Shown here in pieces: positions 12,705 to 25,955 of a stretch of 64,000 bases of DNA. The notes beneath the pieces are model-generated. The model was given only the letters and a program-made list of their open reading frames with translations, ran no database searches and was not told the origin of the DNA. The first letter of the stretch is position 1. Each line of letters opens with the position of its first letter. The position numbers and the translations under genes are program-made. Source of the DNA: Eledone cirrhosa (taxonomy: Eukaryota); contig OZ024743.1 of assembly GCA_964016885.1 (NCBI GenBank), forward strand, positions 106,206,001-106,270,000, written 5' to 3'.

Positions 12705-13139
12705 TATATAAATGGATGTTGTGCGCGGCCGCAAGAATACAAATATTCTCATATATATACATATATATATCTACACGTATATATACTCATATATATACAT
12801 ACGTATATATACCTGCGTGATGTGTGCGTCTGTATAGTGTAGTTGGGATTTGTAAAATTAACCAATTAAGTAGAACACTGAATCCGAGTGGCGAGTTGTG
12901 ATATATGAATTTTGTTTTCTTACACCATAAGGTACATTGTCTGAAAACATTTTTTTCACTGCGAGGGTCCAATATTCTATTTGAATTCTGTTATTTCGTT
13001 GTTTCTTTTTCTATACTACTTATCGTCAATAATTCAAACGTCATTTGCTTACCAAGTGGAATTGAACACCTTAAATCGGAATAAAGCAACATTGTTTTCA
13101 TTGGCATTTCCTAGTGCTGATGTTATCTACAGTCCGCTA

Positions 13140-13270
13140 CTACTGACAGAAAGTGAAACGTGAAATGAAGTGTCTTGCTGAAGCACATAACGCATCGCCC
13201 AGTCATGGAAATCGTAGTTGCAACATAACGTTTGCGAATTTATTTCTCTAAAAACTAAGCCATGCAACTC
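13140..13270 (-). mobile_element. Degenerate tRNA-derived SINE, second family
   Basis: AACGTGAAATGAAGTGTCTTGCT motif, also at about 36710 and 48983, followed by a reverse-complement tRNA-like head. Confidence 0.55.
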
Positions 13271-13499
13271 TACGATTTAAGCCATATTAAAATGAATTAA
13301 TGTTTATATCGATTTAGTTCTTTCATAAAAGAATTTCAATGACAGGGGAAATAATTATGAGTTCTGTTTGTAGAACGAGTGAAATAGAGAGGTAAAAGTT
13401 TTTCCTTTGAAACGGCAGATGAAAACGACTTGTTTCAATTTATAGGCTATTGCATTAGATACGATAAGTTAGAGATCTGTAGGAAGTGGATTAGAATGA

Positions 13500-13860
13500 A
13501 AAGAGGGTCACCCTAGGGAGCTTACGGGATCATAATTAGGGAGCCTCGTTTGATCGTAGGCTTTATAGAAGATAAATCTTCTTAGGGAATTATGAAGTGT
13601 ATGTCAGATTCTGATGATTGTGTGTTGTATGTAAGAATCCTGAGTCTGGGTTTTTCCAGTTTTCAGTATATATTAGGGCACATGGCAGCCTTTGAAGAAG
13701 TGTCGTCTCTACATACATTGCACTATTCTTTCCATTTGTCTCGGGTTTAGATCTTTCAACAAATCTCTGTTTAAAGGAATATCTTGGCAACTATCCGTGA
13801 AGATTTATACTTGGCTTGAAAGTATTGTGTCAGATATCGAATCTTGGTGCCTAAAGATCA
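13500..13860 (-). pseudogene. Possible highly decayed PLE GIY-YIG relic
   Basis: Minus-strand fragments such as SFKQRFVE..NGKNSAM loosely resemble a PLE endonuclease C-terminus. Weak match by eye. Confidence 0.25.
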
Positions 13861-14194
13861 TTTAATGATTGATACAATAACCGATAAATTGAAATATGTT
13901 ATTTCCTTTTATCTGTCATTTCAATAAAGCAGTTACACCTCCAATTCCCTCCTTCTACAAATCTAACCACTATAGATTATTGCCCCTTTTTTAGAACACA
14001 TTTATAACAGAAGAAGTGAATTCATATAAGTATTTATTTTAATATAGCCGAACAGACGAGCGGGGGAAGTTGTATTCGACCTCCCCCGTGTATTTCGGTG
14101 CATGTACTTTTAATGGAATAAATTAATGTATATACATATATATGTGTGTGTGTGTGTGCGTGCGTGTGTGTGTCTATGTGCGTGTGTGTGTCTG

Positions 14195-14246
<52 letters not shown>

Positions 14247-14586
14247 TGTATATATATATATATATTCATAGAATAATGAGAAAAACTGAACGCAAGAATT
14301 GCTGTTAAAAAAGCAAAAACCTGTCAATGATAGCGTCAGGTAAAATTTACCACAAAGGAACGAATTCGGCGACTAGATGTGTGTTGGCCCGCAGAAGTGA
14401 TAGGAAGAAAGAACATTAACGTGACAAGATCACACAATATCATTTAATGTCTTCAGCTCTTAGACAGGCTATACTTTCGCACGATTTAACTTGAGGATGA
14501 CATAAATTTGCCGGCTCGTGCAACAGAAAATATACATTTCAGGTGGTAAGATGTAGATGTGATGAAACGGAAACATCATATAGACA

Positions 14587-14595
14587 GCCGGTTAG

Positions 14596-14647
<52 letters not shown>

Positions 14648-14651
14648 GAGG

Positions 14652-14733
<82 letters not shown>
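14587..14733. repeat. (TG)n-(AG)n microsatellite
   Basis: Direct read; source of the spurious poly-RE and poly-SL ORFs. Confidence 0.95.
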
Positions 14734-14738
<5 letters not shown>

Positions 14739-15993
14739 AGAGGCGCATATTGTATTCGTGACTATATAAAATTCTTCAAATTCTCAATACAAAATCACCT
14801 ATTAGTTTTCGGATTATGGTTTTCTCTACTTATATATGCCATGTAACTTTAAAACCAATAACTCACTGTTAAATGTGCATTCATATAGGAAGAAACAAAT
14901 GTTAGTAATTAAATGTCTTAAACGACTAGAATTCGTTAGTCACCTCGTTACAGTTATATATATGATATGCACATTTAATGCAATTTCGTCTCTAATTAGT
15001 CCCTCATCAGTATAAGTCACAAAAAAACATGTATTTGATGGGTATATATACCATTCACACTTTGTATTATGCTGAAATAGACATACTAATTTGTATATAA
15101 CTAGCAATCATGTTGGTAATTAATGTATGTATATTTAAAAAGTGTGTTGTCAATCGAAACTTACGATAAGGTTATATCTGTATAGATACATAGTTTTTAA
15201 CCGAGATCGTATGATAAAGTGATATCTGCATTAAAAACTGTATGTAACCTAAATTTTACCAACTGTGTGTAACCCAAATTTCATATCGAATAAGTAGGAT
15301 GTAAATATGACAGAAAATATGAATTTCTCTGGAAATTGATAACATGATAAATACTTTAAAACAATTTTAATACTGAAAGCTCATGGGTATACATAGCCCT
15401 CAAATACGCGTTTTCTTGTGGTTGTTTCTATGATATACAAGCATTCTGATGAGTGAACAATCAGGTTAAACGTATTTATCAATGTTTCAGTTCACATGAA
15501 CATTCCTATTTTGTGGATATTTACATGCCTACACATTAGATATGTTTATATATTTAGGCAACATTTTACTGCAGTCTCCTTTGCGCAATCGATTTTTTTG
15601 CAGATTAACGTTATCATACACTTCCGCTACTAGGGTACTTCTTAATATATATCTTAATTAATTACCATCATGAGACCTAATTTTATGCAAATTAATACGT
15701 CCATTTCAAAATAATACTAAGAGCTAATCGGTAAAAATATCCCTCAAATTTATGTTTCCTTGGTGATGAATGGATTTTATACAAGTTTTATGATGAGGTT
15801 TCAGTCAAAACATGTTTATCCATTTTTTTCAATTTACAGGGAAATGCTTATTTTCTAGCATGTTTAACTGCGTACATATTAGGCGTGATTTTATATTCAT
15901 ACAACTTGGTGCAGTTTCTGTTACACACCTGTATTTATACGTATATAACTTTACATACACACACATGCACACACTCACACACACACACACATA

Positions 15994-16085
<92 letters not shown>

Positions 16086-16507
16086 AGAAGAATCAGGAGC
16101 ACGGTAATACATTTATAATTCTCATATTATATTATAGATACTCCCAAAATATATAATTAAATAATTAAATATAATTATTTCACTTTCTCTACAAATATGT
16201 TCCATACAATTTATATACATATATTAATATAAATAGTATATTTCTAACTCTAATATACTTTTTTCTTATATTCTTGCCTTAAATTTCTTCTACCCTAATA
16301 TTAACCTCTATCTCCTCTTCCCTTAAAAAATAATGCTAATAATTATTTAAATTTACCTAGCGTTGAAATATAACGATCTTTTTCAATTTTAACGATCCGT
16401 ATTAGCATATTCATCCCAAGATTTGAAATTCTTTTTCACTATTCAAACAGAACATAGAACGATAATATCTTGTTTTGAATATGTCACTATCTGTAAAACA
16501 TATTTTA

Positions 16508-16569
16508 TATTTTATCTGATGAGTGCGTACCAAAATTTTGGGTACCCTTGAAATATATATAATAAAATA
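16508..16569 (+). ncRNA. Minimal type I hammerhead ribozyme (family H1)
   Basis: Perfect 8-bp stem I TATTTTAT/ATAAAATA; CTGATGA at 16516-16522; stem II with GTACC/GGTAC; GAAA-T-ATAT-A-TA with a palindromic loop 3; predicted cleavage after 16561. Followed by the H1 tail and a long (TA)n. Confidence 0.85.
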
Positions 16570-16605
16570 AATATGGTTTTATAAAGATAGTTTACATTTA
16601 TCAAT

Positions 16606-16848
<243 letters not shown>

Positions 16849-17449
16849 GTACTATAATTCGCAAATAATATTCAGTATTCGGATTTGATTTAAGACTAAT
16901 ACAATGAAAAAAAAAACAACAAAAAAGCTGAATGACATGTATCAAAACTATAGGAAATTTAGAAATATGCCAAACATTAATAACTGAATAGAAAATTCAT
17001 TTAAACATGTTCGAAAATAAATAACTTCATTTTTCTTTCCCTGCGTAAACCAGTAAATCTATAATTTCTACAATTATGATTTGTGTCTGACTTTAGTAAA
17101 TTTTTTGCAGAATACATCTCTTTCATAATTTTCTTCGACATGGAATAAACAAACATATTTGTTTATTTCCGTTACTAAATTATATGATGTGAATTATAAA
17201 TAAGATATATCTTAGTAATATGTGTTAATTGTTAATATTTCATTAAACCATGTATTCGATTGCTCTTTATTCACAATATAAATACACTGCCATTACCGTC
17301 TAATATTTCCTTTCTTGGAAAGATATATTTCAATAGAGAAATATGATAAATTGAAAGCTTTAAAGTACTTTTTTTCTGAACTGCATTGGTTTCAAGTTTA
17401 AGAATTGGATTGCAAAGGATTTCTCTACCTCATTCCAGGTAGTTTTATA

Positions 17450-17900
17450 TGTGCACTACATTAATTTCCGAATAAAAAGCAGGTGGTTTCAAACGGTAGT
17501 CTTTTTTTCCAATTTTAGATCAATCTCTAGATATAGGGAAAATATTAGAACCAACAAAAACAAAATTAATATGTTCCCCTTTCCTTACAACCAACATTCT
17601 AACTCATCATTCATCACTGGATGAAAGAGCACAAATACAATGATTTTAGAATATGACAGTGAATCGTAGAACATCTCAAGATTTATGTCTCTATACTTCT
17701 TGGGCGCAAGCTAACAGAAACAAATATACACATCAAAATAACCCCCACCAAAAAGCAAATTGAATCAGGCAGTGAGAGACAATTGTATAAGCAGTGTATT
17801 AGAGAAAAAACTATTCGAGCGATTAGGAGATACGAAGAAAAAGGTTATTGGAAGTGCCTTTGGAAGGAGGGGCACTTGATCATTTTTTGCAACTAATCTT
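17450..17900 (+). pseudogene. Possible Tc1-type transposase C-terminal relic
   Basis: Fragments WMKEH, RTSQDLCLYTSW (cf. RSPDLNPIENLW) and KRLLEVPLEGGGT (cf. RLxxVIxxxGGxT) in shifting frames. Confidence 0.3.
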
Positions 17901-18379
17901 TAAGTATGCAATGTAGTTGTAGTACTCATGCTCTGAAACATAGTCGAGGAAATGCTGTTAGAAGGGCGTGTATAATTAAAGCACAGCGTGTTATGAAACT
18001 TCACCCTTCTATATGACAGTGAGCAGATGGCAGCGTGCAAGGTTTATGTGATTCGAAGCAAATATCCTCAACATTCTAGGTAAGCCACCGAAAATTGTTC
18101 GCAGAAGCAGTCAGAAAACGATTGATTTTTGTGTCTACCTAGAAATGGCTTCCGGAAAACTTTTGGATTTATTATTATAGATAATTTGCAAACATTTCTG
18201 GGATTTTTCGTTCTAAGTTGGACTTGATGAATGGTAAAAGCTGGCGTTATCCTTAGTTGAGAAATAAAATCTAGCATGGTAAATTTCCTTTCCCCACAAA
18301 TATCTTTCACTATGTCCCCAAATTATAATGATTATCGAAAATATTTGGATTGGAAATATTAAAACCTCGAACAGGATGA

Positions 18380-18565
18380 TTTGTGACATTGCGATACGTA
18401 TCTTTACTCTCTGCATTCAAATCCAGCGTAAACCAGCATTGCCTTCATCCTTCCGGTGTCGATAAAATGAAGTACCAATATTGTACACGGAGTCGATATA
18501 ATTGTTTTTCCCCAGGCCACAAAAATGATGTTTTTATGCCGAAATAAGAAACCAGAATTATTCAA
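18380..18565 (+). mobile_element. Degenerate Deu/Nin-domain SINE
   Basis: CATTCAAATCC B-box remnant; TTGCCTTCATCCTTCCGGTGTCGATAAAATGAAGTACC core; AGAAACCAGAATTATT end. Confidence 0.7.
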
Positions 18566-18619
18566 TTGTACATTGTTGAACACAGGGTCCTTTAATTAAC
18601 TCATTTTCAAGTTATCTAA

Positions 18620-20465
18620 GTTCAGATAGAAATTACTTATCGTAGGATATTTGCTATTCCCCAAGGTATTGTAATGCCATTAATTCCCATTCTATCAAGC
18701 TTTTTGGGCGGATTTTTCTATCACCGACCCAAGTACCACTTCTGCATTCATATTCCACATTCTCTCGATTTATTTCTCAAATCTGCATATTTTCCAATAT
18801 TCTCATGTTTTCTAACACTAGTGTAATTGTCTCCTGGTTAAGGTACATTGATCAACATAGATATGTCTGGTCTTGTAATTTCAAGAATTCTATATATCTG
18901 CATTGTAAAAGTCCACAGTAGTTTCACCGTCTTATTTACTACAATCTTCTGTGGGTTGTGCTGAAACAATTTTTCAATGTTTGACAATCAACATTTTTTC
19001 CATAAAGACAAATAAAGGTGTAACACTATCATGACGTCTTTTATATTCCCTCTCCATAAATATGTCACAGGTAATCACGAAGTGTGTCAGAATTTACACA
19101 TTATTTCCATATAATCTTCACTCATTTGTTTCATCTAGGTTATACATATTCCTTATCGTGTTTGTGTTTTTGCTTGATCTTGAGCAGTTATTAAAAAACT
19201 TTACCTCTCGCTTTTAAGATCAACTCTTTTGAAACGATTACATGAAGAACCTACTTTTACTTTCTACATTTCCCTTTCAAATTGATCATGTAATTCCATT
19301 CCTTCCCTTGTGGTCATTTCCTCAGCCAGCAGCATCTGTATCTAAATACACTGATTGCTACTGAAAAGGAAATGTAATAGGAAAATGTTATTTCCGCTAC
19401 CATTGTCTGGACTGTTTCAATGCATAGTCCTCTGTTTTCGGCAATATATTTTAAAATAGTTTCTTCTCTACTGGACAAATACGATTCTAAGTATCTTCAT
19501 TAGCGACTCAATATATCACGCATACATGTCCTCTACCTCTTACGTTCCGCCGTGTACATAACCAAATGAGAATAGTATTTGGGTGCAATGCACCATTGTC
19601 AACAATTTTCGTACACGTTATCTTCTCTATTTCTTCTTTAGTCCAATTCAAAATAACAGACACAATCCAGACAATGGTAGCGGATTCAATTTTTTCCCAT
19701 TGCATTTCCTTTTGAGTAGCACTCTCATCTAATTAGATACATTTCCTTTCTACTTTTGAGTTAGAATATTATTAAGTTCCATAATGCCCAGATACATGTG
19801 CCCACACTCCTTAGGATTACCAATCTACTCTCCATCAGGTACGTCAATCCCACATCTATGTATATGCCTATCTCTTTTCATAGTCAAAGTTGTGCACTTT
19901 GCAATAGCAAACTCCATGCCAATGTACTCACATGATCAGTGAACAAATTTCACCTGTATGTCAACCTGAAATATATTCCGGCATCCATTTTAATCAAATC
20001 ATTCCTGAGCTAAGTTATATTACCTTCAATCCTATCTTTCACCAGGATTCCTTACTGTCCTTCATTTCAGTTTACTTAATCTCTAATCTCTCACCCAATA
20101 TAGACCGTACAGTGCTTATTATCTATTTCACATCCTTGATGCCATTAGCTTCCATATACATAATTGAATTGTGTACTTTGGCTGTTTCATTTGCTAAGCA
20201 GCATTTAAAAAAATTATTCTGAAGATTCAGTGACCTTTTAATGAAACCAGGATCATTAAATAGATCAATCAGTCTTTTGTTAATTAATCTTGTTTCGTAC
20301 GCTTCATTTTCATTTTCATTCAAACCTGTACTCCCTCCATATGTAGTGGTTCAACATTTTCCACTTATCAGAATATTGATATGGTAATTCTTCCAGGGTT
20401 GATTCAGTTATATCGTGTTCTATGTGTGCCTCAAGTTTCACATTCGCATCAACTATGTTACCTTC
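18620..20465 (-). mobile_element. Old, internally deleted R4/Dong-like element (third, diverged copy or family)
   Basis: Minus-strand relics: SWWKDRIEGNI (N-terminal region), IGMEFAIAKCTTLTMKR, ALHPNT..RRNVRGRG, VKLLWTF, TRPDI, IERMWNM. The YMDD region appears deleted. Confidence 0.75.
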
Positions 20466-20469
20466 AATA

Positions 20470-23400
20470 TTATTATCATTATTATTGTTCCTTGAGTCTC
20501 AGTCATTGATGTTATTTAACTGGAAGGTTTGTTGAAATGAATATCAAGCCACTACCTGCAGCCTCAGATATTCAGGACGTATCGGAGGGTTCTTGCTGTT
20601 CCCAGGAAGCATGCCTTTTGAAGTGTTCCACAAAGCGGGGCTGGACTAATCTTCTTTAACCATCCTTGAAAATTATTTGAGATAGTACCTAGTGCGCCTA
20701 TGACAATCGGGACGACCTTGATTTAATGGCAGTTTCAAATCCTGTTTAACTCTCACTTTAAGTCCTGGCATCGGTACATTTTCTCTCTCTCCTTTTCTTG
20801 CACTCTCGTCTCAAATGGGCAGGCTACATTTATAATTAGGCACGATCTTTTTTCCTTGTCCAAAACGACCAGGTCAGGCCGATTTTGTTCTAATTTCTTA
20901 TCTGTCTGTATCCTAAAATCCCATAGCACCTTCACCTGATCGTTTTCTATCACCGACTTTGGCTTATGCCCATACCACTTCTCAGAATGTGGTAAATTGT
21001 TTACTGCCAGTGGATCACCCTGCCTATCACATCACGTCTCCAGCCTTTATAGTGAGTCTGGGCTAGGTGATTACACTCGGATACATTGTGAGCCACAGTC
21101 TCCTCTCTCTCTCTCCACAGATCATACACAGTGAGCTAGCCTCCTCCTAGTCAATATGGTGTTTCACTCACTTCGTTCTGGGGGCTTGCTTTTGTGCAGC
21201 CATTAGCATTCCTACTGTAGCTTTTTTAGGTGTCTCCTCTTTTTAATCAGTTCCATGCCTGTGGAACTCTAAATTCAGTTTTCTTAAAGAAGGTACTATG
21301 AAGGGATTTTTTCCTGAAGGTTGCTCTATTCCTTGTTGTTATTTCCTCCTTGGACATCCTCTGGTCTATTGTCCCCTTCTTTAGTACAATTTTGAGCATT
21401 AGTTCCCTACTATCACTCACATATTTGTGCAGGTTGTTTTTCTCCTTCTGAACACAGTCCTCAATGCTGATAAGACCTCTTCCACCTTCAGACCTCTTTA
21501 AGTAGAGTCTATCGACATCACTCCTCTTGTGGAACATGCTGTAGATAGTCAATAGCTTCCTAGTCTTCCTATCCATTTCTTTTTGTTCAGCAAAATTCCA
21601 TTACAGAGTTCCCGCACTGTACCTAATAATAGACACAGCTCGTAAATTCACTGCACCTATGACATTCCTACTATTTAGATGTGATTTTAATACGCTCCTT
21701 ATGTAGTCAGATCTTATCAATTCCTTCATTTTTTTGTTCTTGATGTCATCTGCCTCCAGAGACCTAAATATTTGTATACTTCTTCAGTGTCAATTTCCTT
21801 TATCATCTTTCCTGTTGGTACCTGGATTCCGTTGCGTCTGCTTAATTTACCCCTCTTCCTCACTAGGACTCCACAATTATTAATACCAAATTCCATACAT
21901 ATATCATTGCTGAAAATACGGACTGTGTCAACAATTACATCAGACTCATTCTCACTCTTGACAAAGAGTTTAAGATCGTCCATAAAGATGTGGTGGTTGA
22001 TGGTAAGCTCTCCTTTTACCAACTTGTATCCTGCTCTCACTTTTCGCAATATAATGGGTAGGGGTATCAGGGCAAGGACAAACAGCAGAGGAGACAAACT
22101 ATCTCCCTGGAAGATACCTCTCTTGATCTTCACGCCTCCCAAGGATTCTACACCCCATGTTAACTCTGTTTCCCAGGACTTCATACTTTTGCTCAACAAC
22201 TGTCTGATGTTATCTGCCACATTGAAGATTTCTAGGCTTTCGGTTATCCAAGAATAAGGTACCATGTCGAATGCCTTTTTGTAATATATCCATCCCATGG
22301 CAAGGCCAGTGTGCCTCCTCTTGCAATTCCGCGTTAACATCTTATCAATAAGTAACTGGATTTTGTACCATGGGACTTCTTCTGCATCCTTTCTGTTCGT
22401 CCGGTAACAAGTTGTTTATGTGGAAGTGATGGTAGATTTCCTCAGACACAATGCTTGTTAACAGTTACCATATTACGGACAGACATGTGATAGGTCTATA
22501 GCTGGTAACATCATTACCCTTGATTCGGTCTTTCATTACCAGATCTGTGGTACCTTTTGTCAACCACTCTGGTACTTCACCCGACATCAAGCATTCATTG
22601 AACATGGTTGTCAGTTTCGGGTGGAGAGATGTTATACTTTTAATCCAATACATATGCACACAATCTGGGCTTGTTGGTTTCCAGTTGGTTAGATTTTTGG
22701 CGTTCCCTTTAAAATGTTCAACTCTGATACTCAAATCAGATTGTTGGTGTTTTTGTTCACTAATCTCCTTTTGAACTGTTTCAATCCACACTGCCTGACT
22801 ATTATGTTCAACATCCTGCTCCCATATTCCTCTCCAGAATGCCTTAGTCTGTTCCGCCTCAGGGATCACGTCGTTGCCTCTTCCTTTCCCTTCAAGCTGT
22901 CCAAACAACATCTTCTGGTTGTTGTCAAAGATACGGTTCTGTCTATACTGACTGACTCTGTTCTCATACCGCCTATTCTTTGCACTTTTTGTTACAATAC
23001 GTTGCTTCAGTTCCTCTATGATAATATTTAGCTTTTTCCCCCCAGTTTTCGATTTTATTTCCAATCTATATTTAGTGTCTATGTATTGTAATGTACCATT
23101 CAGTGAGGACTCAACCTTTCCAATGTCTTTTCTCATTTCCTTGATTTGACCATTCAGTCGTTTATTCCACAAAGTTGCTGATATTTCTTGTTTGTTGTTT
23201 CCTCACGGTTTTATGCCAAGTAACTTCCTCATCACATTTGCGGTTGTTTTGGAAATATTGTTGCATTGGTGAAGGTTCCTCGCCTCAAGGTATGGGATGA
23301 CCTTATTTACCTTAGCTGTTCCTTTTAACTTTTTCCTGTCTACAAATCTTAGTTTCATAGGTTTCCCACTATCATTGTTCAATTCATCTACCACTAAGTT

Positions 23401-24150
23401 CAGGATATCAACCAAATCTTGTCCTAGCCCGTAAGTATTTATTTCCTCAATGGCTGTATCTTTATTCCAGATGTTATTTATTTCAGCATTCAGATCATTG
23501 TCTGCTTCGGATGCTTCCTCAGGTGTCTCAACCTCTTCACTTTAATTTCCCACTGGCTCGTTTGCCTGATATACTCCACCCTCCATTTCCAACTTAATCT
23601 CTCTGCTCAGTTCCTCCAGTTCCAGCTCGCTTATCCATCCATTAGTTCTTATTACTCGAGCCTGCACGGCTATTTTTTGTTCATCGAATTTAAATAGACC
23701 AATCACGTTCCAGATGTTATGCATCCGTTTCGTATAGCCGTTTTCCATGGAGTTACTCTTCAGGTAACATTTCATGACACTTCTATTCAATTCTTTCGTC
23801 CATTTGGTTCTTGTCCATTTCCTTCTTCTTCCTCCAATACCAGCAGTATTTGGATGACAGCCAGGTTCCTGCTGCTGGTCCAGAGAGCACTTGCTGAGTG
23901 AGAGTCTGTCACATGACGTTCCAGTCTCCTTTTCACCGTTATTCGAACTGTTTAGGTCCGACATTTAAACACTCATATCGATGATTGGTGAATGTATGGT
24001 TATACAACCACCGGTGATTTTAGCGTGGCACCATCCCGCTGTAGACGAACATAAATATGTAAAGAAGTAAATAAATAAAAACATAACAAAATAAACATAA
24101 GTTTCATTGTAATGTTTGAATGTCTGACTTTTTTCCTTTTTTTTTTCAAG
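20470..24150 (-). mobile_element. R4/Dong-like RLE non-LTR retrotransposon, family A copy 2 (near full length, frameshifted)
   Basis: ORF pieces from 23964 to 20565: YRPITCLS, YKKAFDMVPYSW, GIFQGDSLSPLLFVLAL, FMDDLKLF, GGRGL, RPDLVV. Same 5' UTR and 3' UTR as 1021-4872; AAT-like tail at 20470-20488. Confidence 0.93.
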
Positions 24151-24163
24151 GCCAATATTATCG

Positions 24164-24201
<38 letters not shown>

Positions 24202-24344
24202 AGTTGCATTTATCTTGCTTTATTTTCATACGAGTTATCACCAAGTCACAACCAGTGACCTCAAGAGACAACAAGGTCCGCCATGTTCAAGAAAGAACAT
24301 ACATACTCACACATGCATCTTTAGTGTTTAGACTTGTGATGTAC

Positions 24345-25955
24345 TTATATTGACAGAATCTTCCTTAGTATATGGGCAGTTCCCATTAGTACTATGTTTT
24401 GTATTTCTCCTATACCCGGGTTTCCTGGGATTTGCGATAAGTAATCATTAGACCCCTTAGGTATCATTCCCAGAGCGCCTACAACCACTGGTATTGTTTT
24501 AGTTCTCAATTTCCACATTTTTCCAATTTCTATCTCCAGGTCCTTATACTTGCTCAATTTTTCAAATGCTTTTATAGATACATTCTTGTCTATTGGAACA
24601 GACATATCAATTAGCAGGCATACCCTCTTTTTAAAGTCCTTCAATATTATATCAGGTCTATTTGCATCTATTTTTCGGTCTGTTTGGATGCTAAAATTCC
24701 ACAAGAGTGAGATGTGATCTTTTTCAAGTATGGGAGGTGGTTGATGCTCCCACCAATTCTTTTGATGGGGCTGTTCAAAATTCTTACACATTATCCAATG
24801 TATGTATTGTGCAGCTCTGTCATGCCTGTTTAGGTATTCGGTTGGAGCTATAGGACTGCACATTGAAATTATATGGTCAATGGTCTCTGGTTGTTTTTTG
24901 CATACACGGCATAATGGGCTGCATCCATATTTTATTATGTTGGCTTGGTAATTTCTTGTCGGCAGACACTGATCTTGTGCTGATATAATCAGTCCTTCAG
25001 TCTCCGATTTCAGTCCAGAGGATGCCAACAACTGAGGGGTTAAAGTTGTGTCAACATCAGGATTGTTAGCTCGCTCTGGGTATTGTCCATACAGAGGCTT
25101 TTCTTGCCATTTCTTAGCCAGTTTCTGTAGCAGTTCTTTCTTTGCAGATACTTTTACCTGCTTCGCTTTTTCTGTGTTTTCCATTTCAGCAGTAAATGGG
25201 ACTTCTGAAATTTGTAGTCCATTACTGTATTTTTGTGCATCTTTTGTAATGGAATATGATCTGTTGATGCTTTCGTGTTTCAAAACGAGTTTGATCATCC
25301 AATCATGTGATTCCCTTAGATATGTAGATAATCCAATTGTTGCAGTTTTCAACGCAATGTCTAACTGGATTAACCCACGTCCTCCTTCTTTCCTAGGGAG
25401 ATATATTCTATCTATATCTGCCTTAGGTTGATGCATTCTGTGCATGGTTAAGAATTTTCGAATGTTTGTATCGAGCCTACGGATCTCTGTGCTTGACCAG
25501 TTGATGACATTGTAACTGTAGGTTACTACTGGTATGGCAAGCGTGTTTATGGCAGCGATACTATTCCTTGCATTCAATTCCGTTCTTAAGATTGCTCTTA
25601 CTCTGCGGTAACATTCCTTCCTTATCCTTTCTCTCATTGTCGAGTGCTTGATTCCGTCTCCTTCAAAAACACCTAGATATTTGTAAGTTTTTTCTTGATC
25701 AAGTTCTCTTATCAAGTTCCCCCGATCAAGATTGATGTCTGAACTCTTCAGCAGCTTTCCTCTGGTGAACGTTGCTTTGGCGCATTTATCTAGTCCAAAC
25801 TCCATGTTAATGTCATCACTGAACTGCTCCACAGTGGATAATAGCCCTTGCAATTGTCCATCATTTTTTGCAAATAGTTTCAGGTCATCCATGTAGAACA
25901 AGGGATTAATGGTTTTGTCATAGACTTTATATCCATGTTTTGTTTCATTGAGCAT
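24345..25955 (-). CDS. Open C-terminal half of the family B polyprotein (RT YMDD, thumb, CCHC knuckle, restriction-like endonuclease)
   Basis: FYMDDLKLF, YKYLGV, DIDRIYLPRKEGGRGL, CRVCKKQPETIDHIISMC, RHD, NRPDIIL..LIDMSVP..K..KY.DL. A frameshift at about 26000 (GIFHGD/LSP) separates it from the upstream RT. Confidence 0.85.
   Translation of the reverse strand: MLNETKHGYKVYDKTINPLFYMDDLKLFAKNDGQLQGLLSTVEQFSDDINMEFGLDKCAKATFTRGKLLKSSDINLDRGNLIRELDQEKTYKYLGVFEGDGIKHSTMRERIRKECYRRVRAILRTELNARNSIAAINTLAIPVVTYSYNVINWSSTEIRRLDTNIRKFLTMHRMHQPKADIDRIYLPRKEGGRGLIQLDIALKTATIGLSTYLRESHDWMIKLVLKHESINRSYSITKDAQKYSNGLQISEVPFTAEMENTEKAKQVKVSAKKELLQKLAKKWQEKPLYGQYPERANNPDVDTTLTPQLLASSGLKSETEGLIISAQDQCLPTRNYQANIIKYGCSPLCRVCKKQPETIDHIISMCSPIAPTEYLNRHDRAAQYIHWIMCKNFEQPHQKNWWEHQPPPILEKDHISLLWNFSIQTDRKIDANRPDIILKDFKKRVCLLIDMSVPIDKNVSIKAFEKLSKYKDLEIEIGKMWKLRTKTIPVVVGALGMIPKGSNDYLSQIPGNPGIGEIQNIVLMGTAHILRKILSI

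Noticed and set aside
14960-15016. Minus-strand CTGATGA..GAAA hammerhead candidate
   Set aside because: Stem II is mismatched near its base, and stems I and III do not pair convincingly; at most a relic.
15440-15505. CTGATGA with a GTGAAC/GTTCAC stem
   Set aside because: No GAAA after the stem and no stem I partner.
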